Below, piece after piece: positions 39,154 to 40,326 of a DNA stretch of 40,326 nucleotides. Under the pieces are notes generated by a model. That model was not told the DNA's origin. It worked only from the letters and a program-made list of their open reading frames with translations, and searched no databases. The first letter of the stretch is position 1, and each line of letters opens with the position of its first letter. Where the stretch lies: the IMG/VR virus record IMGVR_UViG_3300019458_000017, positions 1-40,326 of that record; one strand, written 5' to 3'. The position numbers were made by a program, and so were the translations under genes. The stretch comes from a virus.

Positions 39154-39381
39154 ATGGACGCTTACGTTTTTAAAGGGAATCTCTACTGCGCGCACCACGC
39201 CGGCATCATCCGTGATGACATCGAGAGGCGGGGAGGTGCCCCCGACTGCCCAGAAGATTTGTCCGATTTCGACGCGGACGAGTACCCGCTGCCCGCGGTT
39301 TCGCGTGCTCACGATAATCGGCCACGATTTTGCGTTGCGTGCGGGACCTTTATCGGCTTCCTCGGCATGGTGCGGACATGA
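39154..39381 (+). CDS. Small protein (75 aa), diverged paralog of 1259..1579
   Basis: The sequence MDAYVFKGNLYCAHH...FCVACG and the 26 nt spanning SD and start are identical to 1244-1269. It is the 3' part of track ORF 38737..39381. Confidence 0.7.
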   Translation: MDAYVFKGNLYCAHHAGIIRDDIERRGGAPDCPEDLSDFDADEYPLPAVSRAHDNRPRFCVACGTFIGFLGMVRT

Positions 39382-39632
39382 GGCGTAGTGGCATGCAGTC
39401 CACCTTTTTCATCCGTGTGCCGGCCGGGCAGTACGAGTTCCAGCAAACCGAGCGGACCGGACCGGGATGGGAAGCGCCGCGTATCGTCACTCAGATCCGC
39501 CATCCCGAGTACGCCCCACGCTGGCGGATCGTCTATCGCACCAGCACCGATCGCGGGTGGTATCTCCGGGATCCCCAGTCCGGGCGGCTCGGCACTACCC
39601 AGTCGGCCACTTGTGTCGTTTTTGAAGACTGA
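39378..39632 (+). CDS. Small protein (84 aa)
   Basis: ATG 39378 in an ATGA overlap. ATG 39393 is an alternative start. Confidence 0.6.
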   Translation: MRRSGMQSTFFIRVPAGQYEFQQTERTGPGWEAPRIVTQIRHPEYAPRWRIVYRTSTDRGWYLRDPQSGRLGTTQSATCVVFED

Positions 39633-39649
39633 ACTGAAAGGAACCCAAC

Positions 39650-40326
39650 ATGCTGATCCCCAAAAATCTCCTCAATGTCGCCCGCATCGCCGATGACGAT
39701 TTCGGGACGCGGAAAAAGCTTGGTGGCGTGCACCTGAAGACCATCGATGGCGCGCCCGCTATGCGGGCCAGGATCGAAGCCACCGATGGCAAGATCCTGA
39801 TCCGCTCTGAGTTCTCGCCGTGGTCAGAGTCGGAGTTCCCCGTGCCGCCCGGAGAAACGCCGGCTCCGGCCGATGCGCCGGAAGCCCCCATCGATGTCAT
39901 CATCCCCGCCGAAGCGGCCGTGATCGCCCAGGGGCTCCCCCCGAAAGCGACAAAGCACGGGAAGGAAATCCTGCAAGAGGTGCGCGTGCGAGCGAACGGT
40001 GAGGGCACCGTGCATTTCATGGCCACCGATCTCGGCGGATTCCGCTCTCATAGCGAGCGGGCGATCGATGGCACCTTCGTCAAGATGGATGCCGCACTGG
40101 ACTACACCGGCAAAACGGATCCGATTGCGTTCAATCTCGTGCGATTGAAGGAGCTCATCGATGCGCTCCTGAAGGTCCATCCGCCGGGGACTGATAAGGG
40201 AAACGAGCGGAATGGGCACCCGCTCCGGCTCGCCTCTCTCGGTTTCGGGACCGGCGGAACCCTGCACGTCGTCGTCACCGATGGGACGACGCAGACGCAC
40301 GCGGTCGCCATGCCGATGCGGGCGAC
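39650..40326 (+). CDS. Short DnaN (beta sliding clamp)-like protein; 226 aa when joined across the junction to base 127
   Basis: Hand-translated; it runs off the window end, so it is absent from the ORF track. GAAAGGA lies 7 nt upstream. The motifs ATDGKILIR, ERAIDGTFVKMDAAL (compare clamp IDGxFPDY) and the C-terminal ...VAMPMR are typical of beta clamps. Confidence 0.6.
   Translation, partial: MLIPKNLLNVARIADDDFGTRKKLGGVHLKTIDGAPAMRARIEATDGKILIRSEFSPWSESEFPVPPGETPAPADAPEAPIDVIIPAEAAVIAQGLPPKATKHGKEILQEVRVRANGEGTVHFMATDLGGFRSHSERAIDGTFVKMDAALDYTGKTDPIAFNLVRLKELIDALLKVHPPGTDKGNERNGHPLRLASLGFGTGGTLHVVVTDGTTQTHAVAMPMRA
40204..40326. repeat. Terminal direct repeat, right copy (exact match to 1..123)
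   Basis: Compared base by base. Confidence 0.95.

Overview
This window is a complete, end-redundant genome of a visibly GC-rich tailed dsDNA bacteriophage. All calls are by eye from the sequence and the ORF track; no searches or computations were run.

**Genome closure.** Bases 1-123 recur exactly at 40204-40326, so the unit genome is 40,203 bp. One gene, a short beta-clamp-like protein (39650 -> junction -> 127), is intact only after circular joining.

**Layout.** Two convergent arms diverge from an ~860-bp control region (38292-39153) and meet at ~13175-13407.

- **Rightward arm** (39154 -> junction -> ~13400, + strand):
  - Many small early ORFs, including several paralog pairs, zinc-ribbon proteins and small membrane proteins.
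  - A replication/recombination block: DUF1376-like protein, Cas4/RecB-like PD-(D/E)xK nuclease, a possible annealing protein, an SMC/Rad50-like ATPase, an FCS-zinc-finger/VRR-NUC nuclease and a winged-helix protein.
  - A terminal cluster with a secreted FN3-like protein and small paralogs with hydrophobic tails.
- **Leftward arm** (38291 -> 13175, - strand):
  - Small proteins, large terminase, portal, scaffold and major capsid.
  - A run of beta-rich tail/fibre-like proteins and a 1141-aa tail-like protein.
  - Four large low-complexity or coiled-coil proteins resembling internal (ejection) virion proteins.
  - No sheath, tube or tape-measure gene was recognised, so a short-tailed morphology is only a tentative reading.

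**Gene packing.** Genes are tightly packed with ATGA/GTGA/TGATG start-stop overlaps. This also supports several ORFs below the 60-aa cutoff of the supplied track.

**Not found.** tRNA, rRNA, CRISPR array, integrase, transposase, DNA or RNA polymerase, primase/helicase, or a recognisable endolysin.

**Most noteworthy signals.**
1. A conserved GC stem-loop fused to the GGAAAGGA ribosome-binding site before successive early genes.
2. A face-to-face pair of related promoters, each exactly 7 nt from an ATG, bracketing an antisense ORF pair that includes a ribbon-helix-helix-like candidate.
3. G-quadruplex-capable tracts, 9-bp-phased iterons and AT-rich palindromes in the divergent control region.
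4. A PALDSW peptide module repeated at the N-terminus of the 1141-aa protein and present alone in a 42-aa micro-ORF.
5. A family of paralogous beta-rich domains spread over the tail region.
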